From: Octopus bimaculoides
Taxonomy: Eukaryota
Assembly: GCF_001194135.2 (NCBI RefSeq)
Contig: NC_068987.1
Coordinates: forward strand, 81,594,829-81,658,828
DNA: 64,000 nucleotides
Direction of reading: 5' to 3'
Shown: one piece after another, positions 25,425 through 37,814 of the stretch
How positions within the stretch are numbered: position 1 is the stretch's first letter
Layout of the letters: each line of letters starts with the position of its first letter
Notes under the pieces: generated by a model
Database searches by the model: none
What the model was told of the DNA's origin: nothing
Seen by the model: only the letters and a program-made list of their open reading frames with translations
Program-made: the position numbers and the translations under genes

Positions 25425-25639
25425 TTTATTTTTGCCTTTATGACCCTTTCTAATGCTACCTGTGCAACCATGATGCAAAACTGACTATTGTGTTCTGCTA
25501 TGATGATATATATGAACTAAATAGTGTGTTTGAAAAAAAAAAAAAACTCCACATAATAACACCATCAGACAGTGGTCTGCAGCTTTTTCAATTGTGCTTT
25601 CTCAGCTCTTTTTCACACCACTTTGTAGACTCAAGTTAT

Positions 25640-26010
25640 ATAAACATAAAATTTCTACTAATTTGATTGGCTCCCATGCTGGTGGCACGTTAAAAGCACC
25701 ATCCAAACATGGACCATGCCAGTACCTCCTGACTGGCCCCCATGCTGGTGGCATGTAAAAAGCACTATCTGAACGTAATCGATGCCAGGCCCACCTGACT
25801 GACTCCTGTGCTGGTGGCACATAGAAAACACCCACTACACTCTCGGAGTGGTTGGTGTTAGGAAAGGCATGCAGCTGTAGAAACATCGCCAGATCAGATT
25901 GGAGCCTAGTGCAGCAGCTGGCTCTCCAGACCTCGGTCAAACTAGCCAACCCATGCCAGCATAGAAAATGGACATTAACTGATGATGATGATGATGATGA
26001 TGATGATATA
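25640..26010 (+). mobile_element. Family D repeat with three internal tandem units
   Basis: gctggtggcac.taaaagcacc x3, conserved tail, (GAT)n. Confidence 0.85.
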
Positions 26011-26099
26011 TGTCACATCACCAATTTTGTTTTACTCCTGAACCAGCTAAAACATCCAAACATCCTATACACTACTGATTCTCATAAACAAAACATTTA

Positions 26100-26649
26100 G
26101 ATGCTGCTGTGTGGTAAGAAGTTTGCTTCCCAACCTCATTGTTCCAGGTTCACTCCCACTGTGTGGCATCTTGGGTTAGTGTCTTCTACTCTAGCCCTGG
26201 GCTAACTAAATCCTTGTGAGTGGATTTAATTGACAGAAATTGAAAGAAGCCCTTTGTATATATATATGTGTGTGTTTATGTCTTTTCCTTCACTACTGCT
26301 TGACAAGTGGTGTTGGTGTGTTTACTTAACAGTTCAGCAAAAGGGACTGATGGAATAAGTACCAGGCTTTAAAAAAGTAAATAAACCTTAGGGTTGACTT
26401 GTTTAACTGAAATTCTTCAAGATGGTGCCCCAGCATGGTCGCAGTCTAATAACTAAAACAAGTAAAAAGTAAAAAGCATCCACCATAGGTGTAGGCATAG
26501 CTGTGTGGTTAAAAAGTTTGTTTTCCAACCACATAATCACAGGTTCAGTCCCAGTGTACAGCAACTTGGGCAGTTGGCTTCTCCTATAATCCTAGGCTAA
26601 CCAATGCCTTGTAAGTTGATTTGATTGACAGAAACTGAAAGAAACATAT

Positions 26650-26705
<56 letters not shown>
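26100..26705 (+). mobile_element. Two tandem SINE family A copies
   Basis: ~26100-26475 near full; ~26490-26650 5' half ending in (TA)n. Confidence 0.85.
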
Positions 26706-26708
<3 letters not shown>

Positions 26709-27164
26709 ACTTCTTGATCAAAAAAATAACAAACGCAAAGACCTTACTTTGGTCACCGCCTGGTGCCATACTCTGTTTAGTACCAACTGGCATCCTATAT
26801 ATAAACTTCCACCTCTGAAACACAGACCATACTTTTAAACCCACCATTGTAAACACAAACATAACATGTATTTATATGTAAACAAAATAAGTACCCCTGC
26901 CTGAATTTACCCTTCCTAAAAAATTCATCCTTAGAATGACTATACCTACCTTTCCACCACTGGACAGAATAACATGAATCTTGGAAGGCAACACTTGAAG
27001 TCTATGACTTATTTCCCTTTCCTATACCTAATACATTTTATTAAATTTTACTCCTCTCACACTCCAAGTCTTGCTCCTATTCATTTTATGCCCTCTTAAA
27101 TAAGAAAAATATACTGTACCTATTAGTAGCTGACTTTTGTATGTATCAACTCTCCTAACCATTT

Positions 27165-27295
27165 AGACCCTCTGATGAAGCCTAAAGACACACTCAACAT
27201 CCAAACCCTATCTACCCATCCCTTCAAAACACTGAAGAGATGAAGCAAGCATGAAGGATATCGTGGCCTCTTGGCAGAAATGGCCATAAAGAACT
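27165..27295 (+). ncRNA. Degenerate hammerhead ribozyme motif, probably from a PLE pseudo-LTR (~26705-27310)
   Basis: CUGAUGA (27172-27178), stem II gcc..aaga/ucuuggc around a ~100-nt insert, GAAA (27277-27280), perfect palindrome AUGGCCAU, AUA triplet; stem I only 4/7 paired. Confidence 0.5.
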
Positions 27296-28129
27296 GATCT
27301 TTTAATCTTTTACTCTTTTATGTATTACTATTATTACTATTACTAGTATATATATTTGTGTAGCACACCGTCTTTGCATGTGTATCTATTGTTATAATAT
27401 ACCCTTTTGTTTTTGGAATAGACATAATAGAATGTCTACCGGCTGATGTATGTCATTTTTGTACCCCCTCCATTTTCTTTTTGCCGTATGTATGTGTGTG
27501 TGTGTGTATGTATATGTGTGTTTTCTTGTCTTGACGTCATGTGATAGTTGTAAATGAGCATCATACAAGCTGTGTCATTCATTTCTAACATTCTGTGCAA
27601 ATATTTCTGGCCATTGAAAAATATTACAGGTGAGAGTTGTTGACAGGAAGGGCGTCTGGCCATAAGAGATTTGTCTCAATAAAGCCATCTAACCCATGCA
27701 AGCAGCAATGTTTGTACATTAAAACAGTGATGATAATCGTCATCATCATTATATCCTACACTATTGATCTTTTACTCTTGAGAACTTCAGGCTTTCACTA
27801 TCAATTATCTCAAAACAAACTCAACCAAGGTGTTAAAATTTAAATTCAATTATTGTGTTGAAGTCCCATTATTGCATTAAATAATATTTGATTTCAGTAG
27901 GTAAACAGCTGGTTATTTCATTAATTTTTGTGTAATATTTTATTATTTTAGCTGCTAAAACACAGAGATTATGATCAACTTTTAAATATAGTTATAAATG
28001 GGTGAAGTGCAAATAAAGTTACTGCTTTTGACACATGTCAAACTTATGAATATTTCTGTTTATTTATTGGCACCACCTAAATTTGAGACAACTTTTATCT
28101 GCATTATATGTTACCTGGCTTGTCACTTT

Positions 28130-28260
28130 AGGGCTTCTCTGCTAAAGCATGTATATTCAGAAGTACCATAGGGCTCAGTCATCTCTCATTTAATATTCAT
28201 CCTTTTCTATATTAATTTTCCTTTCACAGCTAACATTTCATTTGTGATGACAAATGTTTA
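28130..28260 (+). mobile_element. Decayed CR1-like reverse transcriptase fragment
   Basis: SEVP*GSV (GVPQGS-like) and gatgacaaatgt (ADD-like). Confidence 0.35.
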
Positions 28261-28399
28261 TACAAAATCTTCTAGCAACTCCTTATACAAAATCTTCCAG
28301 CAACTCTTCACATTTCTAATACATCACAAACATTGGTTTTGTCATTGAAGCTAAAACTCACTTCTTCATGATCATATGGTAAACATGGTGCAAATACTT

Positions 28400-28682
28400 C
28401 ACAATATCACAGTATCGACCAGACCATCAGATGTTGTTATACACTGCTGGTCACAATGCACTTCCAATTCCGTCTTGATTGTGCCATTTTTTTTCTATCT
28501 TGACTCAAACCTTCCAAGTGGCCTTTTCTGATCTTTTCTGAACCCATGCAGTTCTACAGTTGAGTGAACTGGAATAATGTGAAATAAAGTGTCTTGCTCA
28601 AGAACACACAGCCCAGTCTGGGAATCATAGACCTCGTGATTATTAGCCCAACACTCTAACCACTGAGCCATATGCCTTCACA
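28400..28682 (-). mobile_element. SINE family C
   Basis: Head gaaggcatatggctcagtggttagag and core on minus. Confidence 0.75.
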
Positions 28683-29133
28683 GTATATATAATACACATA
28701 ATATATGCTGTTGGGTGATATGATACCTGCAATGTTGATGTCATCATTGTCGTCCTTATCATCATTTTACATCCACTTTCCATGCCTTGGATGATTTATC
28801 ATAGCTCAAGTTGGTTCCCATTCAGTGTTATTATTCTCCTATGCAGTTTAAAGGAGTCATCTCACTTGTATATTCTATTTTTGGCATGATTTCTGAGGCT
28901 AGATGCACTTTCTGATACCAACCACTTTAAAAAGTATACTGGATGTATTTTCTCATCACTTCAACACAAAAGAAGCAATCATGACCCAGACTAAAAGTCC
29001 CTCCTGCCCCTACCTTGTCTCTACTCATTTAATAACCACTTTACAAAGTGCACAAGAATGGGAAATGTTTGAGAGATAATTGCATAGAATTTCCTTTTAC
29101 TCTTCTTTAATTTTATTTGACCTAACTTTGCAG

Positions 29134-29245
29134 ACTTGGAATTCCAGAAAACCAGCTGATTCCTGTTACTGAAGCTGACATTGCTAAAGCAAAGTCCTTA
29201 AAAAATAAATCCTTTGTTAAAAGCAACAGACTTTGGCTTCAAGAG
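29134..29245 (+). CDS. SPO11: Internal coding exon of meiotic DSB transesterase SPO11 (C-terminal region, penultimate-exon equivalent)
   Basis: Acceptor ...ctaactttgcag| and donor GAG|gttagt. 112 nt = 1 nt + 37 open codons: LGIPENQLIPVTEADIAKAKSLKNKSFVKSNRLWLQE. Aligns ungapped to human SPO11 as recalled (LNVPKDSLIPLTKRDQMKLDSILRRPYVTCQPFWRKE), 12/37 identities including LIP.T..D..K and W..E, with matching exon ends as recalled. Other SPO11 exons not found in the window. Confidence 0.88.
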
Positions 29246-29886
29246 GTTAGTTATCAGATATACATACAGTTTTTGTTTCCTGTCTTTTTTATATGACTTA
29301 GAGAAGAAAATAGCAGCACCCATGGCCATTTTCAGAGCACCACTGAAAGTGAGAAAGTTATCCCTAAACCAAAAACCAGGTCCAAAAATCAGGTACTTTG
29401 GTGGAGTACAGATACCTAAGAACACCTGGGTACCATTATAGATACCAAAGTATCTGGTTGTTGCATCATTTTTACTTCAAGTAATGTCATTTATATTCTG
29501 ATGTCGTTTATATTCTGATACCTACACTACAGAAAAAAAAATTACTCTTGTTTCTTGTTTTGTGTTTTTCAAAAGAATCATTAAGAATAATATTGGTGTT
29601 GATATTGAAAATCAGTTTAAAACTATTTCAATATAGGAAACACCATCATTCATTGATAAAGGAAGTGGATATTATGATTGATCTTGTAATGACTTAGATA
29701 CATGCTGTTTCATAAAATAATCCAACTCTGATAGATTTCTTTTTTATATCGTGTACAGTTGTTAATTGATTAATTGAAAACTATTCCTTTAAAATTATTT
29801 CCTTTCTGAAAATCTATTTTCTTTGTTCATTTTTTAAGTAGGCAGCTTCAGTGTTGATTAATGTATGTATGGATGTGTGTGCGTGT

Positions 29887-29952
<66 letters not shown>

Positions 29953-30460
29953 ATGTATATGTGGAGTGTGTGGTGCTATCTCGTTTGTGTAGATTTCTTT
30001 TTCCATTTTGTCTGAGAATATGTAAATGATGCAAGAGTCTCTAATGGATTTATGTAGTCATTTAATAGGCTTAGCAAGCTACTGTTATAACATCTATATC
30101 CTACTTTTCTTATCAGGTTGATGAGTCAATTCCAAAGATTTTAAGTCTTTTAGAATTTAGCAAAAGATTCATTGCTATTAGTGATATTACTTTCATTTCA
30201 TAGTGATTCCTGGGCTGAAAACAGAGATTGGGAATATGTGGACATCTGTGAAGCACAGGCATGGCTGTTTCATGAAGACTTTTATTTCATTATCTAGGTC
30301 TTATATTTGGTCCCATTGTGTTCTCTTTGGAGTAAGATTCTTCCATTATAACAATCCTGGACCAACCAGTGAATTTAGTAGCCCCTGTTGTATGTGTGTG
30401 TACTTATGTCTGTGTGTATATATGTGTGTGTATATATATATATACATATATATGTGTGTG

Positions 30461-30495
<35 letters not shown>

Positions 30496-30529
30496 NNNNN
30501 NNNNNNNNNNNNNNNNNNNNNNCACACAC

Positions 30530-30564
<35 letters not shown>

Positions 30565-31014
30565 GCAGTTGAATGCTACCACAAGTATAAGTGATTGCTG
30601 AATGCAGCTGCCTCATTAATGCCACAGTGAAAAATATGTATCCAATACTCATTGTAAACTGGTAGGTAAATGAACAAAAAGCCATAGAATTCTGAGGTTT
30701 CATTAATGTGGTCTTGCTGAGGACTGCCCAGCCTATCTAGTGTTGGTGCCATAAGAAGATTCACCCAGTACCCTCTGTAAAGTGCTAAAGGTATCCAACC
30801 ATAGAGCTCAAGCCAAAATAGTATGTACAAGTACCAGTTTATGGGAGCAGTGACTCCCAATAAGCAATGACTCAGACTATTATGACCCATCCATCCCCTA
30901 CCAGCATGTAAAGCAGACATACAATAATAATGGTGACCATGACGATATATATGCACATACATATATACATACACAAATACATATGTATACACATATAGAC
31001 ATAATGCATTACAT

Positions 31015-31175
31015 AGGGGCATGTGTAGCTGTGTGGTAAGACATTTTCTACCCGACCATATGGTTCCAGGTTTAGTCCCACTTTGTGGCACCTCAAGCAG
31101 GTGTCTTCTGCTATGGCCTTGGGCTGACCAAAGCTTTCTGAGTGCATCTGGTAGACAGAAACTGAAAGAAGCCAG

Positions 31176-31212
<37 letters not shown>

Positions 31213-31390
31213 TCCTCCACCACTGCTAGACAACTGGTGTTGGTTTGTTTTTATCCTTCTAACTTAGTGTTTTGGCAAAATACTACGTTTTAAAAAATAA
31301 ATCCTGGGGTAGATTTATTCAACTACAAATTCTTCAAGGAGATGCCCCAGTATGGGCACAGTCTAATGCAAGTAAAAAGTAAAAGATAAA
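31015..31390 (+). mobile_element. SINE family A
   Basis: Head, core, (TG)n, tail. Confidence 0.85.
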
Positions 31391-31440
31391 AGATGTGTGT
31401 GTGCGTGTGTGCATTTATACATATGTACATATTTATAAAC

Positions 31441-31540
<100 letters not shown>

Positions 31541-32139
31541 GTGTGCATATTTGTATAAACATATGTGTAGTATGTATCTGTGCAGTTTGTTAAACTATTT
31601 AAATATAGGGCAACAAACAGCAGAAGTAGTGCAAGGAAAGAATTTCTTTTAAGCCTGACTCAAAAGTGCAGTAGCTGACCTGAATAGAAGAAACAATACT
31701 TTACCCACATCAACACACAAGGCCACCTCCCCTAATAAATCCATTGTTAGTGCCCCACATCCTACTTCCTCACATATATCAAAGTTTTTACTTATAAATA
31801 CCAGGGCTGTTAACAAATGTGTAAATGGTGCATAATCCCTTATGTGAGGTATATGATACAGAATAACACATGTTGAAAAACATGTTCTATTTTGTTTTGA
31901 CGGGGAAAGAAGAAAGAAATCTTGATGGAGGCTTTATACACATACACCGTTAGTTTTGCTGTGAGACACTGAATCTGTATTTGACACTCCAAAAGTACAT
32001 AAAAAATGTCATCGTGAAATGTACAACATATTAACTACCAGATGTGCAAATTGTAGCACAAATTTTGACCAAAGTTTCATTATGAAGGAAGTGATTTTAA
32101 CCAGATCCCTGACTCAGTTTCACTAAAGTATAATTGTGT

Positions 32140-32345
32140 CAGGCACAGACGTGGTTGTGTAGCTAAGAAGCTTACCTCCCAACCATGTGGTTTTAGGTTC
32201 AGTTCTGCTGCACAGCACCTTGGGGAAGTGTCTTTCTACTATATCCCCAGGCTCACCAAAGTTTTGTGAGTAGATTTAATTGACTGGAACAAAAAGCAGC
32301 CTGTCTGGTATATGTATATATCTATCTATATATATATATATATGT
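32140..32345 (+). mobile_element. SINE family A (5' half)
   Basis: Head and core. Confidence 0.8.
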
Positions 32346-32879
32346 ACGTATATGTATGTGTATATATGTATATATGAGACAAGGTATTACTAATAGGCTT
32401 TACAGATTTTTTTCATTCTTGCAAAAAGCTGTTAGTTGAATTTTTAAGAATAAAGCAATATGTAAAGACTATTATTTATATGACTATTATGTATATGACT
32501 GCATAAACAACAGTTTTTAAGTGGGAATACAACCATAGATTTACAATATAGAATGGTGATGAACTATACCCTTGGACCCTGCCATAAGCATATACAGAGT
32601 TCTTTACTAATCTAAAAAATTTTGTTAGCCTTGTGTACTTGTATTAACACAGAGCTTATAAAGTATTTTGCCTGGATTGATAATCCCTTATTAATAACTG
32701 TTTATATATATAACCGGTGAAAGTTTTCAACAGGAAGGGCTACAGAAAATCTACCTCAGCAAATTTCACCTAACCCATGCAAGCATGGAAAAGGGGTAAA
32801 ATTAAATGACAATGACAGTGAGAATTAGTTTATAGAACTGTAAGAATATTGGACTGGTTCTTTTGCAGTATATATAGTA

Positions 32880-33366
32880 ATCGTAGTCATGGCCAGTGCT
32901 GCCTGACTGGCACCTATGCTCGTGGCACGAAATAAGCACCATTTGAGTGTGGGTTGATGCTAATGCTGCCTGACTGCGAGTGGAACATAAAAATCACCGT
33001 GCAAACATGGTTGATGCCAGTTCCCCTTGAATGGCTCCCATTCCGGTGGCACGTAATAAGCACCATCCAAATATTGTCGATGCCAGTGCTCGCTGACTGG
33101 CTCCTGTCCCAGTGGCATGTAAAAAGCCCCATCCGAACGTAGTCAATGCTAGTGCCTCCTGGTTGGCTCTCATGCTGATGGAACGTAAAAAGCATCCACT
33201 ACACTCTCAGAGTGGTTGGCGTTAGGAAAGGCACCCAGCTCTAGAAATGTTGCCAGATCAGATTGGAGCCTGGCACAGCCTCCTGGTTTGCCAGACCTCA
33301 GTCAAACTGTCCAACCCATGCCAGCATGGAATACGGACGTTAAACGACAATGATGATGATGATGAT
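32880..33366 (+). mobile_element. Family D repeat with five ~60-67-bp tandem units
   Basis: Core gtggcacgtaaaaagcacc x5 with mutually homologous linkers, then conserved tail and (GAT)n. Confidence 0.85.
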
Positions 33367-33754
33367 TCCTCTATTTTCTTTTGGTTCTGAATTCAAATCC
33401 TACCATGGCCTGCTTGGGTGGTAAACTTACCTCATTGTCCAGTTTAACACTAACCCTAACCTGGCCCTTTGGGTGCCTTTACCAGAATCCATTCTGTTGC
33501 AATCATTTAGGTTAGGTTTCTGGTTTGAGGTTGCCATCTTCCTGTCACCTCTGAGTCTTGGCAGTTCTGTAATGAATCATGGGCTCCTGACTAAAAAAAT
33601 AACGATTAAAATGAGAAGTCAGCATGATTAAACAATAAGTAAATTAAGAATATATTGGTGACATTCGTTGCAGGGGAAGACCCATCTTGCCTGTATAGGC
33701 ATGGTGAAACAGGTGTTAGAAATTTGTGTATATATGTGTATATATATCTGCTTG

Positions 33755-34110
33755 ATAGAGGGTGACAGTCTCACGAAGGCAGTTTACTATACTGAACTGT
33801 GTCAGGGCAAGTGGAACCATGGTGGCCAGAGGTTGAAATACAAAGATGTACTGAAAAAATGTACATCTCTGAAGAACTCCAAGATCTCCCTAGATACCTG
33901 AGAGGAGAAGACCCTGCTGCACGATGAATGGCCCAATTGCTGAAGCTCGTATTTCCAGCCATTGAGGAGAAACAACAGAGAGAATATGAAAGAGCGCATG
34001 AGAAGTGCAACTTCTCTATTGCATCAAGTAACTTCACCCACAGCAGCAGATGTCATCGCTGCTGTAGATCAAGAGCAGGTCTTGTAGCCCACGTTTGAGC
34101 CGGGAAGATG
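33755..34110 (+). mobile_element. RTE (BovB-like) LINE ORF C-terminal fragment
   Basis: KAVYYTELCQGKWNHGGQRLKYKDVLK...CHRCCRSRAGLVAH resembles K..LYGEL..G.R..GGQ..RYKD.LK and the terminal C..C.SR.GL.SH motif. Confidence 0.8.
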
Positions 34111-34129
34111 TCTTGCAAACAACTTGCAC

Positions 34130-34253
34130 ATGCTAGTGCTACCAGTGTAAAAGGGAAGTATATGAATATTTGCATGTGTGATTATTATGTACCTTATTTA
34201 CATATAAAATACTACAATTAGCCATCATTTTTGACGGCACGGGGTCAGCTAGT
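34130..34253. mobile_element. Possible non-autonomous Helitron-like fragment
   Basis: Ends gacggcacggggtcagCTAG|T. Confidence 0.3.
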
Positions 34254-34361
34254 TTTATTATAAATGCAAAACAACACCACCAAGAATTTACATAAGCTTA
34301 AATAATAAGCCATGATAGGTGAACTGCAGTAGGTGAACCGTGATATAGCGAGGGTTTACTG
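34254..34361. mobile_element. Tigger/pogo-like MITE right end
   Basis: gtgaaccgtgatatagcgagggtttactg|TA; homologous to 40290-40387. Confidence 0.65.
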
Positions 34362-34369
34362 TATATGCA

Positions 34370-34525
34370 CAATGGGCTTCTTTTGGTTTCCATCTACCAA
34401 GGCTTTGGTCAGCCTGAGACTATAGCCATAGACACTTGCCCAAAGTATCACATAGTGGAGTTTAAACTGGATCTATGTAGGTGAGAATCAAACTTTATAT
34501 GACACAGCCATGCCTGCACCTATGT
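34370..34525 (-). mobile_element. SINE family A (5' half)
   Basis: Core gacacttgcccaaag on plus. Confidence 0.75.
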
Positions 34526-35519
34526 GTGTGTGTGTGTGTGTGTGTGAGTGTGTGTATGTGTGTGTGTGTGAGTGTGAGTAAAATGATTATGGAAGATGAT
34601 GATGAAGAGTTATATGGCTTTTGAAGGTGTGTATGTGTACACAAACACACACACTCACACACACACACACACACTCACACACACAAACACTCACACATAC
34701 AGGCATCTAGGGTGTATAAAACCATCAACATCATTGTCATTTTACACACATACATGAGTGGATATACATTTTGGAAGTTCGAATAGAAGAAAAATTACTC
34801 AATACATATCTATTAGTCAATTTATCATTCGAAGCTGATGATTCATTCTGTTACTACTCAGAGATTTTTGTTTTGTGCGATCCCTGAGGCCAGTTCCCTG
34901 TCCAATTAACTATGGCAAATCAAAATTTGTTGTATGGGTTTCAATTGGCCAAATGCTTGATATGCATTAGATGATGGATCTGTATATCAGACATAGTAAT
35001 TCACCTGGCAACATTTATACTACAGGTATTCTTGATTAGGGCTGATATTGATCTACACAATTACATCAAGCATAGGAATATTATAGCTTGCATTCAGAAT
35101 CCCAGGACTTCTGACTTCTTTTCTCATTTTACATTTTCCTCATAGTATTTTCCTAAGCCTGTACATATAAAAGAGAGAGATTAATAGAGGGACAAAGTGA
35201 GAGAGAAATTGATAGAGGGACAGGGTGAGAGAGGGAGAGAGAGAGAGAGAGAGAGGGAAGGAGAGAGAGAAAACTATCTTTACTCCCCAGTCTTCATATC
35301 TACATGGATAAAACTCATACTTGTGTATTATTATGTTATCATACAATTATATAAAGATATTTTATACACATATTTAATAATTGGATGAACATATAGGAGC
35401 AGGCATGGCTTTTTGTCCACCGTATTCACTTTGTTACAACATGGCTTTAAGTTCTATCTCACTGTGTAGCGTCTTGAAGAAGTGACTTTTACTGTAGCTT
35501 TGGGTTAGAATATTTTATC

Positions 35520-35870
35520 TTTTACTTGTTTCAGTCATTGGACTGCAGCCATAGTCTTATCAAACAGATTGATCCCTGGACTTATTCTGTTGGCCTCTTT
35601 TGGTTGCTAAACTGTTAAGTTACAGACATAAACAAATCTACACCAATTGTCAAGCCATAGTGGGAGACAAACACAAACACTCATAAACACACACACACAC
35701 ACACATACATTGGGCTTCTTTTAGTTTCTGTCTACCAAATCCACTCACAAGGCTTTGGTTGGCTGAGTCTATAGTAGAAGACACTTGCCCAAGGTGCCAT
35801 GCAGTGTGACTGAACCTGGAACCATGTGGTTGGGAAACAAGATTCTTACTACACAGCCATACCTGCACCT
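35520..35870 (-). mobile_element. SINE family A, next to an oppositely oriented fragment (~35395-35510)
   Basis: Head, core and tail on minus. Confidence 0.85.
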
Positions 35871-36056
35871 AAATATCTCAAACTTTTTACAGGAAAAAAC
35901 ACAGAATTTCAAATGAGGAATCGAAAATTTGCCTTTCCATTGGGCTGCAGTCATTGATAACGATGGTGATTATATTATTGATAAATAGTATATGATTAAA
36001 CTTAACCAGCATTCATTTTTCTCTTCCTTTTACATAATTACTTTCTGAACACCTCA

Positions 36057-36073
36057 GTGTATGTGTGTGTGTC

Positions 36074-36153
<80 letters not shown>
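36057..36153. repeat. (TG)n microsatellite
   Basis: Direct reading. Confidence 0.97.
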
Positions 36154-36157
<4 letters not shown>

Positions 36158-36847
36158 TTCTAAAGCGGTAACAAGAATGGAGTCAGAAAGTCTCATTGAG
36201 TCAGAATAGGTAAAACCCTGCTTGTCTTCACACTAAGCCAGCTACCATGAAAAGCTAGTGAATTGAACATTCACCAACTTCAAGCATTCTACTCTTAACA
36301 AGCTTTCATAAAATTTACTTGAGGGTAGAATTCTTTTTACCTTACACATTAAATGATAGTAGAAGATGTTAATGTTTTGTCAAAGAAGAAAATATGCTGA
36401 TATGACCTTTATGTGTAGAGGCTAATTTCGAACATTCACCCTGTCCACAGAGCAAATGTCATTCAATATTGTGATCAACTGCCTAGAGACATGATCAAAA
36501 GCAATCACCTCTATGACAGCTTTAGGTTTCCACAGACAAAAAAATAAAGGTAAAGTTCCTAGACATTATCCTCAAAGACGACATTTAAAAGTCTCTCTTG
36601 ATGATTTAATACATAGAAATAAAGAGTTAAAAATTGATTTATTCAGCTCTGCTATTTTGGTCACCCTTACATTGAATATTTTCAAAACATTACATCACAA
36701 AACAGTTTCTTTGAAAAACACATGTAGCATTTTGGCAGTTTCCTGCACTTGAAACTTAAATGTCAGGACTTCATTCCCTTTTTGGTTGTGAAATTTTCTA
36801 AATTTCTGCCTTGTAATTAATGGAGAATTCAATGAAGATGTACTCCC

Positions 36848-36903
<56 letters not shown>

Positions 36904-37767
36904 NNNNNNNNNNNNNNNNNNNNNNNNNNNNNNNNNNNNNNNNNNNNNNNNNNNNNNNNNNNNNNNNNNNNNNNNNNNNNNNNNNNNNNNNNNNNNNNNN
37001 NNNNNNNNNNNNNNNNNNNNNNNNNNNNNNNNNNNNNNNNNNNNNNNNNNNNNNNNNNNNNNNNNNNNNNNNNNNNNNNNNNNNNNNNNNNNNNNNNNNN
37101 NNNNNNNNNNNNNNNNNNNNNNNNNNNNNNNNNNNNNNNNNNNNNNNNNNNNNNNNNNNNNNNNNNNNNNNNNNNNNNNNNNNNNNNNNNNNNNNNNNNN
37201 NNNNNNNNNNNNNNNNNNNNNNNNNNNNNNNNNNNNNNNNNNNNNNNNNNNNNNNNNNNNNNNNNNNNNNNNNNNNNNNNNNNNNNNNNNNNNNNNNNNN
37301 NNNNNNNNNNNNNNNNNNNNNNNNNNNNNNNNNNNNNNNNNNNNNNNNNNNNNNNNNNNNNNNNNNNNNNNNNNNNNNNNNNNNNNNNNNNNNNNNNNNN
37401 NNNNNNNNNNNNNNNNNNNNNNNNNNNNNNNNNNNNNNNNNNNNNNNNNNNNNNNNNNNNNNNNNNNNNNNNNNNNNNNNNNNNNNNNNNNNNNNNNNNN
37501 NNNNNNNNNNNNNNNNNNNNNNNNNNNNNNNNNNNNNNNNNNNNNNNNNNNNNNNNNNNNNNNNNNNNNNNNNNNNNNNNNNNNNNNNNNNNNNNNNNNN
37601 NNNNNNNNNNNNNNNNNNNNNNNNNNNNNNNNNNNNNNNNNNNNNNNNNNNNNNNNNNNNNNNNNNNNNNNNNNNNNNNNNNNNNNNNNNNNNNNNNNNN
37701 NNNNNNNNNNNNNNNNNNNNNNNNNNNNNNNNNNNNNNNNNNNNNNNNNNNNNNNNNNNNNNNNNNN
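36904..37767. other. Assembly gap (others: 8112-8482, 9810-9819, 30496-30522, 38465-38795, 59579-60290, 63043-63266)
   Basis: N runs, each adjacent to simple repeats on at least one side; could hide small exons. Confidence 0.99.

Positions 37768-37814
<47 letters not shown>

Noticed and set aside
25670-25840. CRISPR-like repeat/spacer pattern (also 32900-33200)
   Set aside because: Spacers are homologous to each other, eukaryotic context, no cas genes; internal repeats of family D.
30117-30300. Open frames after cag/tag acceptors downstream of the SPO11 exon (VDESIPK..., DSWAENRDWEY...)
   Set aside because: No match to the expected KAEIQAL...GGW last exon; no independent support.
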